Assembly: GCA_964016885.1 (NCBI GenBank)
Contig: OZ024756.1
Location: 11,346,001-11,410,000, forward strand
DNA: 64,000 nt
Reading direction: 5' to 3'
Source: Eledone cirrhosa
Taxonomy: Eukaryota
Part shown: positions 27,401 through 39,400 of the stretch, piece by piece
How the letters are laid out: every line of letters starts with the position of its first letter
Position numbering within the stretch: the first letter of the stretch is position 1
Notes under the pieces: generated by a model
The model's input: only the letters and a program-made list of their open reading frames with translations
Database searches by the model: none
What the model was told of the DNA's origin: nothing
Made by a program: the position numbers and the translations under genes

Positions 27401-30400
27401 GCTGTGGTGCAAGGGAAGAACGACTTTCTAGGCAAAGACAGAGGCAAACAGAGTCTCGGTAAAATGAAAGCTGTGGTGCAAGGGAAGAACGACTTTATAG
27501 TCAAAGACAGAGGCAAACAGAGTCTCGGTAAAATGAAAGCTGTGGTGCAAGGGAAGAACGACTTTATAGTCAAAGACAGAGGCAAACAGAGTCTCGGTAA
27601 AATGAAAGCTGTGGTGCAAGGGAAGAACGACTTTCTAGGCAAAGACAGAGGCAAACAGAGTCTCGGCAAAATGAAAGCTGTGGTGCAAGGGAAGAACGAC
27701 TTTATAGTCAAAGACAGAGGCAAACAGAGTCTCGGCAAAATGAAAGCTGTGGTGCAAGGGAAGAACGACTTTCTAGGCAAAGACAGAGGCAAACAGAGTC
27801 TCGGCAAAATGAAAGCTGTGGTGCAAGGGAAGAACGACTTTCTAGGCAAAGACAGAGGCAAACAGAGTCTCGGCAAAATGAAAGCTGTGGTGCAAGGGAA
27901 GAACGACTTTCTAGGCAAAGACAGAGGCAAACAGAGTCTCGGCAAAATGAAAGCTGTGGTGCAAGGGAAGAACGACTTTCTAGGCAAAGACAGAGGCAAA
28001 CAGAGTCTCGGCAAAACGAAAGCTGTGATGCAAGGGAAGAACGACTTTCTAGGCAAAGACAGAGGCAAACAGAGTCTCGGCAAAATGAAAGCTGTGGTGC
28101 AAGGGAAGAACGACTTTCTAGGCAAAGACAGAGGCAAACAGAGTCTCGGCAAAATGAAAAGCTGTGGTGCAAGGGAAGAACGACTTTCTAGGCAAAAACA
28201 GAGGCAAACAGAGTCTCGGTAAAATGAAAGCTGTGATGCAAGGGAAGAACGACTTTCTAGGCAAAGACAGAGGCAAACAGAGTCTCGGCAAAATGAAAAG
28301 CTGTGGTGCAAGGGAAGAACGACTTTCTAGGCAAAAACAGAGGCAAACAGAGTCTCGGCAAAACGAAAGCTGTGATGCAAGGGAAGAACGACTTTCTAGG
28401 CAAAATCAGAGGCAAACAGAGTCTCGGCAAAATGAAAGCTGTGGTGCAAGGGAAGAACGACTTTCTAGACAAAGACAGAGGCAAACAGAGTCCGGGCAAA
28501 ATGAAAGCTGTGGTGCAAGGGAAGAACGACTTTCTAGGCAAAGACAGAGGCAAACAGAGTCTCGGTAAAATGAAAGCTGTGGTGCAAGAGAAGAACGACT
28601 TTCTAGGCAAAGACAGAGGCAAACAGATTCTCGGTAAAATGAAAGGTGTGGTGCAAGGGAAGAACGACTTTCTAGGCAAAGACAGAGGCAAACAGAGTCT
28701 CGGTAAAATGAAAGCTGTGGTGCAAGGGAAGAACGACTTTATAGTCAAAGACAGAGGCAAACAGAGTCTCGGTAAAATGAAAGCTGTGGTGCAAGGGAAG
28801 AACGACTTTCTAGGCAAAGACAGAGGCAAACAGAGTCTCGGTAAAATGAAAGCTGTGGTGCAAGAGAAGAACGACTTTCTAGGCAAAGACAGAGGCAAAC
28901 AGAGTCTCGGTAAAATGAAAGCTGTGGTGCAAAGGAAGAACGACTTTCTAGGCAAAGACAGAGGCAAACAGAGTCTCGGCAAAATGAAAGCTGTGGTGCA
29001 AGGGAAGAAGGACTTTCTAGGCAAAGACAGAGGCAAACAGAGTCTCGGCAAAATGAAAGCTGTGGTGCAAGGGAAGAACGACTTTCTAGGCAAAGACAGA
29101 GGCAAACAGAGTCTCGGCAAAATGAAAGCTGTGATGCAAGGGAAGAACGACTTTCTAGGCAAAGACAGAGGCAAACAGAGTCTCGGCAAAATGAAAGCTG
29201 TGGTGCAAGGGAAGAACGACTTTCTAGGCAAAGACAGAGGCAAACAGAGTCTCGGCAAAATGAAAGCTGTGGTGCAAGGGAAGAACGACTTTCTAGGCAA
29301 AGACAGAGGCAAACAGAGTCTCGGCAAAATGAAAGCTGTGGTGCAAGGGAAGAACGACTTTCTAGGCAAAGACAGAGGCAAACAGAGTCTCGGCAAAATG
29401 AAAGCTGTGATGCAAGGGAAGAACGACTTTCTAGGCAAAGACAGAGGCAAACAGAGTCTCGGCAAAATGAAAGCTGTGGTGCAAGGGAAGAACGACTTTC
29501 TAGGCAAAGACAGAGGCAAACAGAGTCTCGGCAAAATGAAAGCTGTGATGCAAGGGAAGAACGACTTTCTAGGCAAAGACAGAGGCAAACAGAGTCTCGG
29601 CAAAATGAAAGCTGTGGTGCAAGGGAAGAACGACTTTCTAGGCAAAGACAGAGGCAAACAGAGTCTCGGCAAAATGAAAGCTGTGATGCAAGGGAAGAAT
29701 GACTTTCTAGGCAAAGACAGAGGCAAACAGAGTCTCGGCAAAATGAAAGCTGTGATGCAAGGGAAGAACGACTTTCTAGGCAAAGACAGAGGCAAACAGA
29801 GTCTCGGCAAAATGAAAGCTGTGGTGCAAGAGAAGAACGACTTTCTAGGCAAAGACAGAGGCAAACAGAGTCTCGGCAAAATGAAAGCTGTGATGCAAGG
29901 GAAGAACGACTTTCTAGGCAAAGACAGAGGCAAACAGAGTCTCGGCAAAATGAAAGCTGTGATGCAAGGGAAGAACGACTTTCTAGGCAAAGACAGAGGC
30001 AAACCGAGTCTCGGCAAAATGAAAGCTGTGGTGCAAGGGAAGAACGACTTTCTAGGCAAAGACAGAGGCAAACAGAGTCTCGGCAAAATGAAAGCTGTGG
30101 TGCAAGGGAAGAACGACTTTCTAGGCAAAGACAGAGGCAAACAGAGTCTCGGCAAAATGAAAGCTGTGGTGCAAGGGAAGAACGACTTTCTAGGCAAAGA
30201 CAGAGGCAAACAGAGTCTCGGCAAAATGAAAGCTGTGGTGCAAGGGAAGAACGACTTTCTAGGCAAAGACAGAGGCAAACAGAGTCTCGGCAAAATGAAA
30301 GCTGTGGTGCAAGGGAAGAACGACTTTCTAGGCAAAGACAGAGGCAAACAGAGTCTCGGCAAAATGAAAGCTGTGATGCAAGGGAAGAACGACTTTCTAG

Positions 30401-33400
30401 GCAAAGACAGAGGCAAACAGAGTCTCGGCAAAATGAAAGCTGTGGTGCAAGGGAAGAACGACTTTCTAGGCAAAGACAGAGGCAAACAGAGTCTCGGCAA
30501 AATGAAAGCTGTGATGCAAGGGAAGAACGACTTTCTAGGCAAAGACAGAGGCAAACAGAGTCTCGGCAAAATGAAAGCTGTGGTGCAAGGGAAGAACGAC
30601 TTTCTAGGCAAAGACAGAGGCAAACAGAGTCTCGGCAAAATGAAAGCTGTGATGCAAGGGAAGAACGACTTTCTAGGCAAAGACAGAGGCAAACAGAGTC
30701 TCGGCAAAATGAAAGCTGTGATGCAAGGGAAGAACGACTTTCTAGGCAAAGACAGAGGCAAACAGAGTCTCGGCAAAATGAAAGCTGTGGTGCAAGAGAA
30801 GAACGACTTTCTAGGCAAAGACAGAGGCAAACAGAGTCTCGGCAAAATGAAAGCTGTGATGCAAGGGAAGAACGACTTTCTAGGCAAAGACAGAGGCAAA
30901 CAGAGTCTCGGCAAAATGAAAGCTGTGGTGCAAGGGAAGAACGACTTTCTAGGCAAAGACAGAGGCAAACAGAGTCTCGGCAAAATGAAAGCTGTGGTGC
31001 AAGGGAAGAACGACTTTCTAGGCAAAGACAGAGGCAAACAGAGTCTCGGTAAAATGAAAGCTGTGGTGCAAGGGAAGAACGACTTTCTAGGCAAAGACAG
31101 AGGCAAACAGAGTCTCGGCAAAATGAAAGCTGTGGTGCAAGGGAAGAACGACTTTCTAGGCAAAGACAGAGGCAAACAGAGTCTCGGCAAAATGAAAGCT
31201 GTGGTGCAAGTGAAGAACGACTTTCTAGGCAAAGACAGAGGCAAACAGAGTCTCGGTAAAATGAAAGCTGTGGTGCAAGGGAAGAACGACTTTCTAGGCA
31301 AAGACAGAGGCAAACAGAGTCTCGGTAAAATGAAAGCGGTGATGCAAGGGAAGAACGACATTCTAGTCAAAGACAGAGGCAAACAGAGTCTCGGCAAAAT
31401 GAAAGCTGTGGTGCAAGGGAAGAACGACTTTCTAGACAAAGACAGAGGCAAACAGAGTCTCGGCAAAATGAAAGCTGTGGTGCAAGGGAAGAACGACCTT
31501 CTAGGCAAAGACAGAGGCAAACAGAGTCTCGGCAAAATGAAAGCTGTGATGCAAGGGAAGAACGACTTTCTAGGCAAAAACAGAGGCAAACAGAGTCTCG
31601 GTAAAATGAAAGCTGTGGTGCAAGGGAAGAACGACCTTCTAGGCAAAGACAGAGGCAAACAGAGTCTCGGCAAAATGAAAGCTGTGGTGCAAGGGAAGAA
31701 CGACTTTTTAGTCAAAGACAGAGGCAAACAGAGTCTCGGCAAAATGAAAGCTGTGGTGCAAGGGAAGAACGACTTTCTAGTCAAAGACAGAGGCAAACAG
31801 AGTCTCGGTAAAATGAAAGCTGTGGTGCAAGGGAAGAAGGACTTTCTAGGCAAAGACAGAGGCAAACAGAGTCTCGGTAAAATGAAAGCTGTGGTGCAAG
31901 GGAAGAACGACTTTCTAGTCAAAGACAGAGGCAAACAGAGTCTCGGCAAAATGAAAGCTGTGGTGCAAGGGAAGAACGACTTTTTAGTCAAAGACAGAGG
32001 CAAACAGAGTCTCGGCAAAATGAAAGCTGTGGTGCAAGGGAAGAAGGACTTTCTAGACAAAGACAGAGGCAAACAGAGTCTCGGCAAAATGAAAGCTGTG
32101 GTGCAAGGGAAGAACGACTTTCTAGGCAAAGACAGAGGCAAACAGAGTCTCGGCAAAATGAAAGCTGTGATGCAAGGGAAGAACGACTTTCTAGTCAAAG
32201 ACAGAGGCAAACAGAGTCTCGGCAAAATGAAAGCTGTGGTGCAAGAGAAGAAGGACTTTCTAGGCAAAGACAGAGGCAAACAGAGTCTCGGCAAAATGAA
32301 AGCTGTGATGCAAGGGAAGAACGACTTTCTAGGCAAAGACAGAGGCAAACAGAGTCTCGGCAAAATGAAAGCTGTGATGCAAGGGAAGAACGACTTTCTA
32401 GGCAAAGACAGAGGCAAACAGAGTCTCGGCAAAATGAAAGCTGTGGTGCAAGAGAAGAACGACTTTCTAGGCAAAGACAGAGGCAAACAGAGTCTCGGCA
32501 AAATGAAAGCTGTGGTGCAAGAGAAGAACGACTTTCTAGGCAAAGACAGAGGCAAACAGAGTCTCGGCAAAATGAAAGCTGTGATGCAAGGGAAGAACGA
32601 CTTTCTAGGCAAAGACAGAGGCAAACAGAGTCTCGGCAAAATGAAAGCTGTGATGCAAGGGAAGAACGACTTTCTAGGCAAAGACAGAGGCAAACAGAGT
32701 CTCGGCAAAATGAAAGCTGTGGTGCAAGAGAAGAAGGACTTTCTAGGCAAAGACAGAGGCAAACAGAGTCTCGGCAAAATGAAAGCTGTGATGCAAGGGA
32801 AGAACGACTTTCTAGGCAAAGACAGAGGCAAACAGAGTCTCGGCAAAATGAAAGCTGTGATGCAAGGGAAGAACGACTTTCTAGGCAAAGACAGAGGCAA
32901 ACAGAGTCTCGGCAAAATGAAAGCTGTGGTGCAAGAGAAGAACGACTTTCTAGGCAAAGACAGAGGCAAACAGAGTCTCGGCAAAATGAAAGCTGTGGTG
33001 CAAGAGAAGAAGGACTTTCTAGGCAAAGACAGAGGCAAACAGAGTCTCGGCAAAATGAAAGCTGTGATGCAAGGGAAGAACGACTTTCTAGGCAAAGACA
33101 GAGGCAAACAGAGTCTCGGCAAAATGAAAGCTGTGATGCAAGGGAAGAACGACTTTCTAGGCAAAGACAGAGGCAAACAGAGTCTCGGCAAAATGAAAGC
33201 TGTGGTGCAAGAGAAGAACGACTTTCTAGGCAAAGACAGAGGCAAACAGAGTCTCGGCAAAATGAAAGCTGTGATGCAAGGGAAGAACGACTTTCTAGGC
33301 AAAGACAGAGGCAAACAGAGTCTCGGCAAAATGAAAGCTGTGATGCAAGGGAAGAACGACTTTCTAGGCAAAGACAGAGGCAAACAGAGTCTCGGCAAAA

Positions 33401-36400
33401 TGAAAGCTGTGATGCAAGGGAAGAACGACTTTCTAGGCAAAGACAGAGGCAAACAGAGTCTCGGCAAAATGAAAGCTGTGGTGCAAGTGAAGAACGACTT
33501 TCTAGGCAAAGACAGAGGCAAACAGAGTCTCGGTAAAATGAAAGCTGTGGTGCAAGGGAAGAACGACTTTCTAGGCAAAGACAGAGGCAAACAGAGTCTC
33601 GGTAAAATGAAAGCGGTGATGCAAGGGAAGAACGACTTTCTAGGCAAAGACAGAGGCAAACAGAGTCTCGGCAAAATGAAAGCTGTGGTGCAAGTGAAGA
33701 ACGACTTTCTAGGCAAAGACAGAGGCAAACAGAGTCTCGGCAAAATGAAAGCTGTGATGCAAGGGAAGAACGACTTTCTAGGCAAAGACAGAGGCAAACA
33801 GAGTCTCGGCAAAATGAAAGCTGTGGTGCAAGTGAAGAACGACTTTCTAGGCAAAGACAGAGGCAAACAGAGTCTCGGTAAAATGAAAGCTGTGGTGCAA
33901 GGGAAGAACGACTTTCTAGGCAAAGACAGAGGCAAACAGAGTCTCGGTAAAATGAAAGCGGTGATGCAAGGGAAGAACGACATTCTAGTCAAAGACAGAG
34001 GCAAACAGAGTCTCGGCAAAATGAAAGCTGTGGTGCAAGGGAAGAACGACTTTCTAGACAAAGACAGAGGCAAACAGAGTCTCGGCAAAATGAAAGCTGT
34101 GGTGCAAGGGAAGAACGACCTTCTAGGCAAAGACAGAGGCAAACAGAGTCTCGGCAAAATGAAAGCTGTGATGCAAGGGAAGAACGACTTTCTAGGCAAA
34201 AACAGAGGCAAACAGAGTCTCGGTAAAATGAAAGCTGTGGTGCAAGGGAAGAACGACCTTCTAGGCAAAGACAGAGGCAAACAGAGTCTCGGCAAAATGA
34301 AAGCTGTGGTGCAAGGGAAGAACGACTTTTTAGTCAAAGACAGAGGCAAACAGAGTCTCGGCAAAATGAAAGCTGTGGTGCAAGGGAAGAACGACTTTCT
34401 AGTCAAAGACAGAGGCAAACAGAGTCTCGGTAAAATGAAAGCTGTGGTGCAAGGGAAGAAGGACTTTCTAGGCAAAGACAGAGGCAAACAGAGTCTCGGT
34501 AAAATGAAAGCTGTGGTGCAAGGGAAGAACGACTTTCTAGTCAAAGACAGAGGCAAACAGAGTCTCGGCAAAATGAAAGCTGTGGTGCAAGGGAAGAACG
34601 ACTTTTTAGTCAAAGACAGAGGCAAACAGAGTCTCGGCAAAATGAAAGCTGTGGTGCAAGGGAAGAAGGACTTTCTAGACAAAGACAGAGGCAAACAGAG
34701 TCTCGGCAAAATGAAAGCTGTGGTGCAAGGGAAGAACGACTTTCTAGGCAAAGACAGAGGCAAACAGAGTCTCGGCAAAATGAAAGCTGTGATGCAAGGG
34801 AAGAACGACTTTCTAGTCAAAGACAGAGGCAAACAGAGTCTCGGCAAAATGAAAGCTGTGGTGCAAGAGAAGAAGGACTTTCTAGGCAAAGACAGAGGCA
34901 AACAGAGTCTCGGCAAAATGAAAGCTGTGATGCAAGGGAAGAACGACTTTCTAGGCAAAGACAGAGGCAAACAGAGTCTCGGCAAAATGAAAGCTGTGAT
35001 GCAAGGGAAGAACGACTTTCTAGGCAAAGACAGAGGCAAACAGAGTCTCGGCAAAATGAAAGCTGTGGTGCAAGAGAAGAACGACTTTCTAGGCAAAGAC
35101 AGAGGCAAACAGAGTCTCGGCAAAATGAAAGCTGTGGTGCAAGAGAAGAACGACTTTCTAGGCAAAGACAGAGGCAAACAGAGTCTCGGCAAAATGAAAG
35201 CTGTGATGCAAGGGAAGAACGACTTTCTAGGCAAAGACAGAGGCAAACAGAGTCTCGGCAAAATGAAAGCTGTGATGCAAGGGAAGAACGACTTTCTAGG
35301 CAAAGACAGAGGCAAACAGAGTCTCGGCAAAATGAAAGCTGTGGTGCAAGAGAAGAAGGACTTTCTAGGCAAAGACAGAGGCAAACAGAGTCTCGGCAAA
35401 ATGAAAGCTGTGATGCAAGGGAAGAACGACTTTTCTAGGCAAAGACAGAGGCAAACAGAGTCTCGGCAAAATGAAAGCTGTGATGCAAGGGAAGAACGAC
35501 TTTCTAGGCAAAGACAGAGGCAAACAGAGTCTCGGCAAAATGAAAGCTGTGGTGCAAGAGAAGAACGACTTTCTAGGCAAAGACAGAGGCAAACAGAGTC
35601 TCGGCAAAATGAAAGCTGTGGTGCAAGAGAAGAAGGACTTTCTAGGCAAAGACAGAGGCAAACAGAGTCTCGGCAAAATGAAAGCTGTGATTGCAAGGGA
35701 AGAACGACTTTCTAGGCAAAGACAGAGGCAAACAGTCTCGGCAAAATGAAAGCTGTGATGCAAGGGAAGAACGACTTTCTAGGCAAAGACAGAGGCAAAC
35801 AGAGTCTCGGCAAAATGAAAGCTGTGGTGCAAGAGAAGAACGACTTTCTAGGCAAAGACAGAGGCAAACAGAGTCTCGGCAAAATGAAAGCTGTGATGCA
35901 AGGGAAGAACGACTTTCTAGGCAAAGACAGAGGCAAACAGAGTCTCGGCAAAATGAAAGCTGTGATGCAAGGGAAGAACGACTTTCTAGGCAAAGACAGA
36001 GGCAAACAGAGTCTCGGCAAAATGAAAGCTGTGATGCAAGGGAAGAACGACTTTCTAGGCAAAGACAGAGGCAAACAGAGTCTCGGCAAAATGAAAGCTG
36101 TGGTGCAAGTGAAGAACGACTTTCTAGGCAAAGACAGAGGCAAACAGAGTCTCGGTAAAATGAAAGCTGTGGTGCAAGGGAAGAACGACTTTCTAGGCAA
36201 AGACAGAGGCAAACAGAGTCTCGGTAAAATGAAAGCGGTGATGCAAGGGAAGAACGACTTTCTAGGCAAAGACAGAGGCAAACAGAGTCTCGGCAAAATG
36301 AAAGCTGTGGTGCAAGTGAAGAACGACTTTCTAGGCAAAGACAGAGGCAAACAGAGTCTCGGCAAAATGAAAGCTGTGATGCAAGGGAAGAACGACTTTC

Positions 36401-39400
36401 TAGGCAAAGACAGAGGCAAACAGAGTCTCGGCAAAATGAAAGCTGTGGTGCAAGTGAAGAACGACTTTCTAGGCAAAGACAGAGGCAAACAGAGTCTCGG
36501 TAAAATGAAAGCTGTGGTGCAAGGGAAGAACGACTTTCTAGGCAAAGACAGAGGCAAACAGAGTCTCGGTAAAATGAAAGCGGTGATGCAAGGGAAGAAC
36601 GACATTCTAGTCAAAGACAGAGGCAAACAGAGTCTCGGCAAAATGAAAGCTGTGGTGCAAGGGAAGAACGACTTTCTAGGCAAAGACAGAGGCAAACAGA
36701 GTCTCGGCAAAATGAAAGCTGTGGTGCAAGGGAAGAACGACCTTCTAGGCAAAGACAGAGGCAAACAGAGTCTCGGCAAAATGAAAGCTGTGATGCAAGG
36801 GAAGAACGACTTTCTAGGCAAAAACAGAGGCAAACAGAGTCTCGGTAAAATGAAAGCTGTGGTGCAAGGGAAGAACGACCTTCTAGGCAAAGACAGAGGC
36901 AAACAGAGTCTCGGCAAAATGAAAGCTGTGGTGCAAGGGAAGAACGACTTTCTAGGCAAAGACAGAGGCAAACAGAGTCTCGGTAAAATGAAAGCTGTGG
37001 TGCAAGGGAAGAACGACTTTCTAGGCAAAGACAGAGGCAAACAGAGTCTCGGCAAAATGAAAGCTGTGGTGCAAGGGAAGAACGACTTTCTAGGCAAAGA
37101 CAGAGGCAAACAGAGTCTCGGCAAAATGAAAGCTGTGGTGCAAGGGAAGAACGACTTTCTAGGCAAAGACAGAGGCAAACAGAGTCTCGGTAAAATGAAA
37201 GCGGTGATGCAAGGGAAGAACGACATTCTAGTCAAAGACAGAGGCAAACAGAGTCTCGGCAAAATGAAAGCTGTGGTGCAAGGGAAGAACGACTTTCTAG
37301 GCAAAGACAGAGGCAAACAGAGTCTCGGCAAAATGAAAGCTGTGGTGCAAGGGAAGAACGACCTTCTAGGCAAAGACAGAGGCAAACAGAGTCTCGGCAA
37401 AATGAAAGCTGTGATGCAAGGGAAGAACGACTTTCTAGGCAAAAACAGAGGCAAACAGAGTCTCGGTAAAATGAAAGCTGTGGTGCAAGGGAAGAACGAC
37501 CTTCTAGGCAAAGACAGAGGCAAACAGAGTCTCGGCAAAATGAAAGCTGTGGTGCAAGGGAAGAACGACTTTCTAGGCAAAGACAGAGGCAAACAGAGTC
37601 TCGGTAAAATGAAAGCTGTGGTGCAAGGGAAGAACGACTTTCTAGGCAAAGACAGAGGCAAACAGAGTCTCGGCAAAATGAAAGCTGTGGTGCAAGGGAA
37701 GAACGACTTTCTAGGCAAAGACAGAGGCAAACAGAGTCTCGGCAAAATGAAAGCTGTGGTGCAAGTGAAGAACGACTTTCTAGGCAAAGACAGAGGCAAA
37801 CAGAGTCTCGGTAAAATGAAAGCTGTGGTGCAAGGGAAGAACGACTTTCTAGGCAAAGACAGAGGCAAACAGAGTCTCGGTAAAATGAAAGCGGTGATGC
37901 AAGGGAAGAACGACATTCTAGTCAAAGACAGAGGCAAACAGAGTCTCGGCAAAATGAAAGCTGTGGTGCAAGGGAAGAACGACTTTCTAGACAAAGACAG
38001 AGGCAAACAGAGTCTCGGCAAAATGAAAGCTGTGGTGCAAGGGAAGAACGACCTTCTAGGCAAAGACAGAGGCAAACAGAGTCTCGGCAAAATGAAAGCT
38101 GTGATGCAAGGGAAGAACGACTTTCTAGGCAAAAACAGAGGCAAACAGAGTCTCGGTAAAATGAAAGCTGTGGTGCAAGGGAAGAACGACCTTCTAGGCA
38201 AAGACAGAGGCAAACAGAGTCTCGGCAAAATGAAAGCTGTGGTGCAAGGGAAGAACGACTTTTTAGTCAAAGACAGAGGCAAACAGAGTCTCGGCAAAAT
38301 GAAAGCTGTGGTGCAAGGGAAGAACGACTTTCTAGTCAAAGACAGAGGCAAACAGAGTCTCGGTAAAATGAAAGCTGTGGTGCAAGGGAAGAAGGACTTT
38401 CTAGGCAAAGACAGAGGCAAACAGAGTCTCGGTAAAATGAAAGCTGTGGTGCAAGGGAAGAACGACTTTCTAGTCAAAGACAGAGGCAAACAGAGTCTCG
38501 GCAAAATGAAAGCTGTGGTGCAAGGGAAGAACGACTTTTTAGTCAAAGACAGAGGCAAACAGAGTCTCGGCAAAATGAAAGCTGTGGTGCAAGGGAAGAA
38601 GGACTTTCTAGACAAAGACAGAGGCAAACAGAGTCTCGGCAAAATGAAAGCTGTGGTGCAAGGGAAGAACGACTTTCTAGGCAAAGACAGAGGCAAACAG
38701 AGTCTCGGCAAAATGAAAGCTGTGATGCAAGGGAAGAACGACTTTCTAGTCAAAGACAGAGGCAAACAGAGTCTCGGCAAAATGAAAGCTGTGGTGCAAG
38801 AGAAGAAGGACTTTCTAGGCAAAGACAGAGGCAAACAGAGTCTCGGCAAAATGAAAGCTGTGATGCAAGGGAAGAACGACTTTCTAGGCAAAGACAGAGG
38901 CAAACAGAGTCTCGGCAAAATGAAAGCTGTGATGCAAGGGAAGAACGACTTTCTAGGCAAAGACAGAGGCAAACAGAGTCTCGGCAAAATGAAAGCTGTG
39001 GTGCAAGAGAAGAACGACTTTCTAGGCAAAGACAGAGGCAAACAGAGTCTCGGCAAAATGAAAGCTGTGGTGCAAGAGAAGAACGACTTTCTAGGCAAAG
39101 ACAGAGGCAAACAGAGTCTCGGCAAAATGAAAGCTGTGATGCAAGGGAAGAACGACTTTCTAGGCAAAGACAGAGGCAAACAGAGTCTCGGCAAAATGAA
39201 AGCTGTGATGCAAGGGAAGAACGACTTTCTAGGCAAAGACAGAGGCAAACAGAGTCTCGGCAAAATGAAAGCTGTGGTGCAAGAGAAGAAGGACTTTCTA
39301 GGCAAAGACAGAGGCAAACAGAGTCTCGGCAAAATGAAAGCTGTGATGCAAGGGAAGAACGACTTTCTAGGCAAAGACAGAGGCAAACAGAGTCTCGGCA

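Noticed and set aside
35430-35736. Three clustered indels (+1, +1, -2) as programmed frameshifts
   Set aside because: Absent from the other higher-order copies; probably consensus errors or private mutations
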